A program made the position numbers and the translations under genes. Positions 34,077-36,263 of a stretch of DNA of 36,263 nt are shown here, in pieces; position 1 is the stretch's first letter, and every line of letters starts with the position of its first letter. Origin of the DNA: Octopus bimaculoides (Eukaryota); the NCBI RefSeq assembly GCF_001194135.2, contig NC_068989.1:22307691-22343953 (forward strand), given 5' to 3'. Under the pieces are notes generated by a model. It saw nothing but the letters and a program-made list of their open reading frames with translations. It was not told where the DNA came from and did no database searches.

Positions 34077-34328
34077 GTGTACTCTTTTACTTTTGAATTG
34101 GTTTCTAGCACAGTGGCCATGCTGGGGCATTGCCTTCAAGGGTTTAACTGATTAAGTCTATGTAAGTAGTTATTTTTTTGAAGTTTGGTACTTATTTCAT
34201 CTGTTTCTATTTTGCCAAACCACTGAATTACATGAATGTAAACAAACCCAGACTGAATGTCAAATGATATTGGGGGATGCAAATGATAATACAAAGATGC
34301 ATGCATGCACATGTGCACTCACACACAC
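34077..34328 (-). mobile_element. Degenerate SINE-C 3' half
   Basis: actcttttacttttg...gtggccatgctggggcattgcc...ttttgccaaaccac. Confidence 0.7.
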
Positions 34329-34509
34329 ATTTCGTCTGCCGCTACATTCTGAGTTCAAATTACGCCGAGGTCGACTTTGCCTTTCATCCTTTCGGGGTCG
34401 ATTAAATAAGTACCAGTTACACACTGGGGTCAATATAATCGACTTAATCCGTTTGTCTGTCCTTGTTTGTCCCCTCTGTGTGTAGCCCCTTGTGGATAGT
34501 AAAGAAATA
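34329..34509 (+). mobile_element. Short SINE-D variant starting at ATTTCGTC
   Basis: atttcgtctgccgctacattctgagttcaaatt...gtagccccttgtggatagtaaagaaata. Confidence 0.9.
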
Positions 34510-34986
34510 ACACATACACACACATACAAGGGGTTGCTGAAAAGTTCCAGTCTTTTGATAAAAAAAAAAATACAGGAGTATCAGATAATTATGATTTTAT
34601 NNNNNNNNNNNNNNNNNNNNNNNNNNNNNNNNNNNNNNNNNNNNNNNNNNNNNNNNNNNNNNNNNNNNNNNNNNNNNNNNNNNNNNNNNNNNNNNNNNNN
34701 NNNNNNNNNNNNNNNNNNNNNNNNNNNNNNNNNNNNNNNNNNNNNNNNNNNNNNNNNNNNNNNNNNNNNNNNNNNNNNNNNNNNNNNNNNNNNNNNNNNN
34801 NNNNNNNNNNNNNNNNNNNNNNNNNNNNNNNNNNNNNNNNNNNNNNNNNNNNNNNNNNNNNNNNNNNNNNNNNNNNNNNNNNNNNNNNNNNNNNNNNNNN
34901 NNNNNNNNNNNNNNNNNNNNNNNNNNNNNNNNNNNNNNNNNNNNNNNNNNNNNNNNNNNNNNNNNNNNNNNNNNNNNNNNNNNNNN

Positions 34987-35049
<63 letters not shown>

Positions 35050-36114
35050 CTACAAATGTATACATATATATGAAGTATACATCCATATATGTATGCATTT
35101 ATGTATATATGCCTTCATCTTCATCATTATCATCATTTTTTATGCTTGCATTGATGACACAGAATTTGTTGAGGCAGAATTTATTCAGATCTGACAGAAC
35201 TCTGTTCCTTCTGTAACAATTCCATCATTTTGCTTTTCTTTTCAGATAGCTAAGACAACATTATCCATTATCTCCTTCTTCCCTTAAGATAGTATGGTGA
35301 GGGAAATTTGGCTAATATTTCTAACAAATCCGCCAGTTGTATGGAGACTCCGTTATTGACTGTTGTTCATTTAATCCTCTTTATATCGGTATGGGAAACA
35401 CACAGCAAAAGGTAGGTCCCTGATGATCTGAGTACAAGAACTGGTTCCAACTCCTGGTTATATGACATTTACATGACAAATGTTCTTGAAAAAAACAAAA
35501 AAAAAAAAATCACACTATCTAATTCCAATCTTCTGCAAATTAGTCATCATCTGGTCTCTTAGATATCAATATTATACTCTGTGTGTTTGTGTGTTTTGAA
35601 ATAGAAAATGGCTAACTTCTTAGGAAGAACAAACTGATCCCACATTAATGATGCTCTGTGAGACAGTGTGTCCTCCCTCAGGGGTACATCTACAACAGCC
35701 ACTCCGTCCAGAAACACACACATGTAAGCAGGAATACACACACACACACTCATACTTACACACATATGCGTACAAAAATACCTATTGTGACAATTGAGGA
35801 GGCTTCTATGTGGTCACACAACCTAGCAGAAACACCGACCAAAATTTCCCTGAATTTGCCCTATAACATAGTTTTTATTGATTTGAATTGATCCAGAGTG
35901 AAACAAGACCAACATGACCTAGTGAAATAAATCTGAAACCAAGCAAGTATCTATATGGTGGCTTGACTTGCTAGATGTAGCAACTATATTAATCTGAATC
36001 AAATCCTACCATCCTAAAACAGAGAAGGGTATATTAGACAATGTAGCCTCTGATATGCAAACACATGACGAGGCTGTGACTAGGATATTGCTGATCCTGT
36101 CTGCTTAATCAGAG

Positions 36115-36188
36115 CTATACGCATACATACATACACATACATATGCATACATACATACATACATATTTATAGATATGTACATACATAT

Positions 36189-36263
<75 letters not shown>
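36115..36263. repeat. (CATA)n/(TA)n microsatellite
   Basis: Direct reading. Confidence 0.95.

Noticed and set aside
33886-34155. 89-aa Lys/Glu-rich ORF with TAT|GTAAGT donor
   Set aside because: Low-complexity (GAA)n/(AAC)n origin, no acceptor, and it runs into a SINE-C tail

Overview
AT-rich, repeat-dense eukaryotic DNA with six N gaps (691-1614, 2205-2214, 4390-5236, 22029-22103, 22846-23491, 34601-34986). The SINE complement suggests an octopus genome; this is inferred from my recollection of octopus tRNA-derived SINEs, not from a search. Nearly all ORFs in the supplied track are artefacts of microsatellites, N runs or SINEs. The window contains at least five SINE-like families, which I label: A (~390 bp, head TGGAGGCGCAATGGCC, (CAA)n tail), B (tRNA plus CORE-like head with interchangeable 3' bodies), C (~410-420 bp, internal microsatellite, (GTAAAAGA)n tail), D (Nin/Deu-like domain, found in head-to-tail stacks) and E ((GAT)n-tailed fragments). 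It also contains a decayed gag-PR-RT-RH-IN Ty3/Gypsy element (minus strand, ~10.7-15.2 kb) with three nested SINEs, a CR1-group LINE fragment, an internally deleted two-LTR Gypsy remnant, two hAT-type MITEs, a full-length Tc1 fossil with TIRs, and 3' fragments of two restriction-like-endonuclease non-LTR elements (R4/Dong-like and CRE-like). A weak-to-moderate candidate host gene 3' end lies on the + strand at 30.4-32.5 kb (three phase-compatible exons plus AATAAA). I see no clearly new biological system. The most unusual signals are the SINE-D stacks with a recurrent hairpin-defined 5' end, modular SINE head/tail swapping, a Tc1 whose three catalytic codons all read Gly, and the unidentified exon chain.
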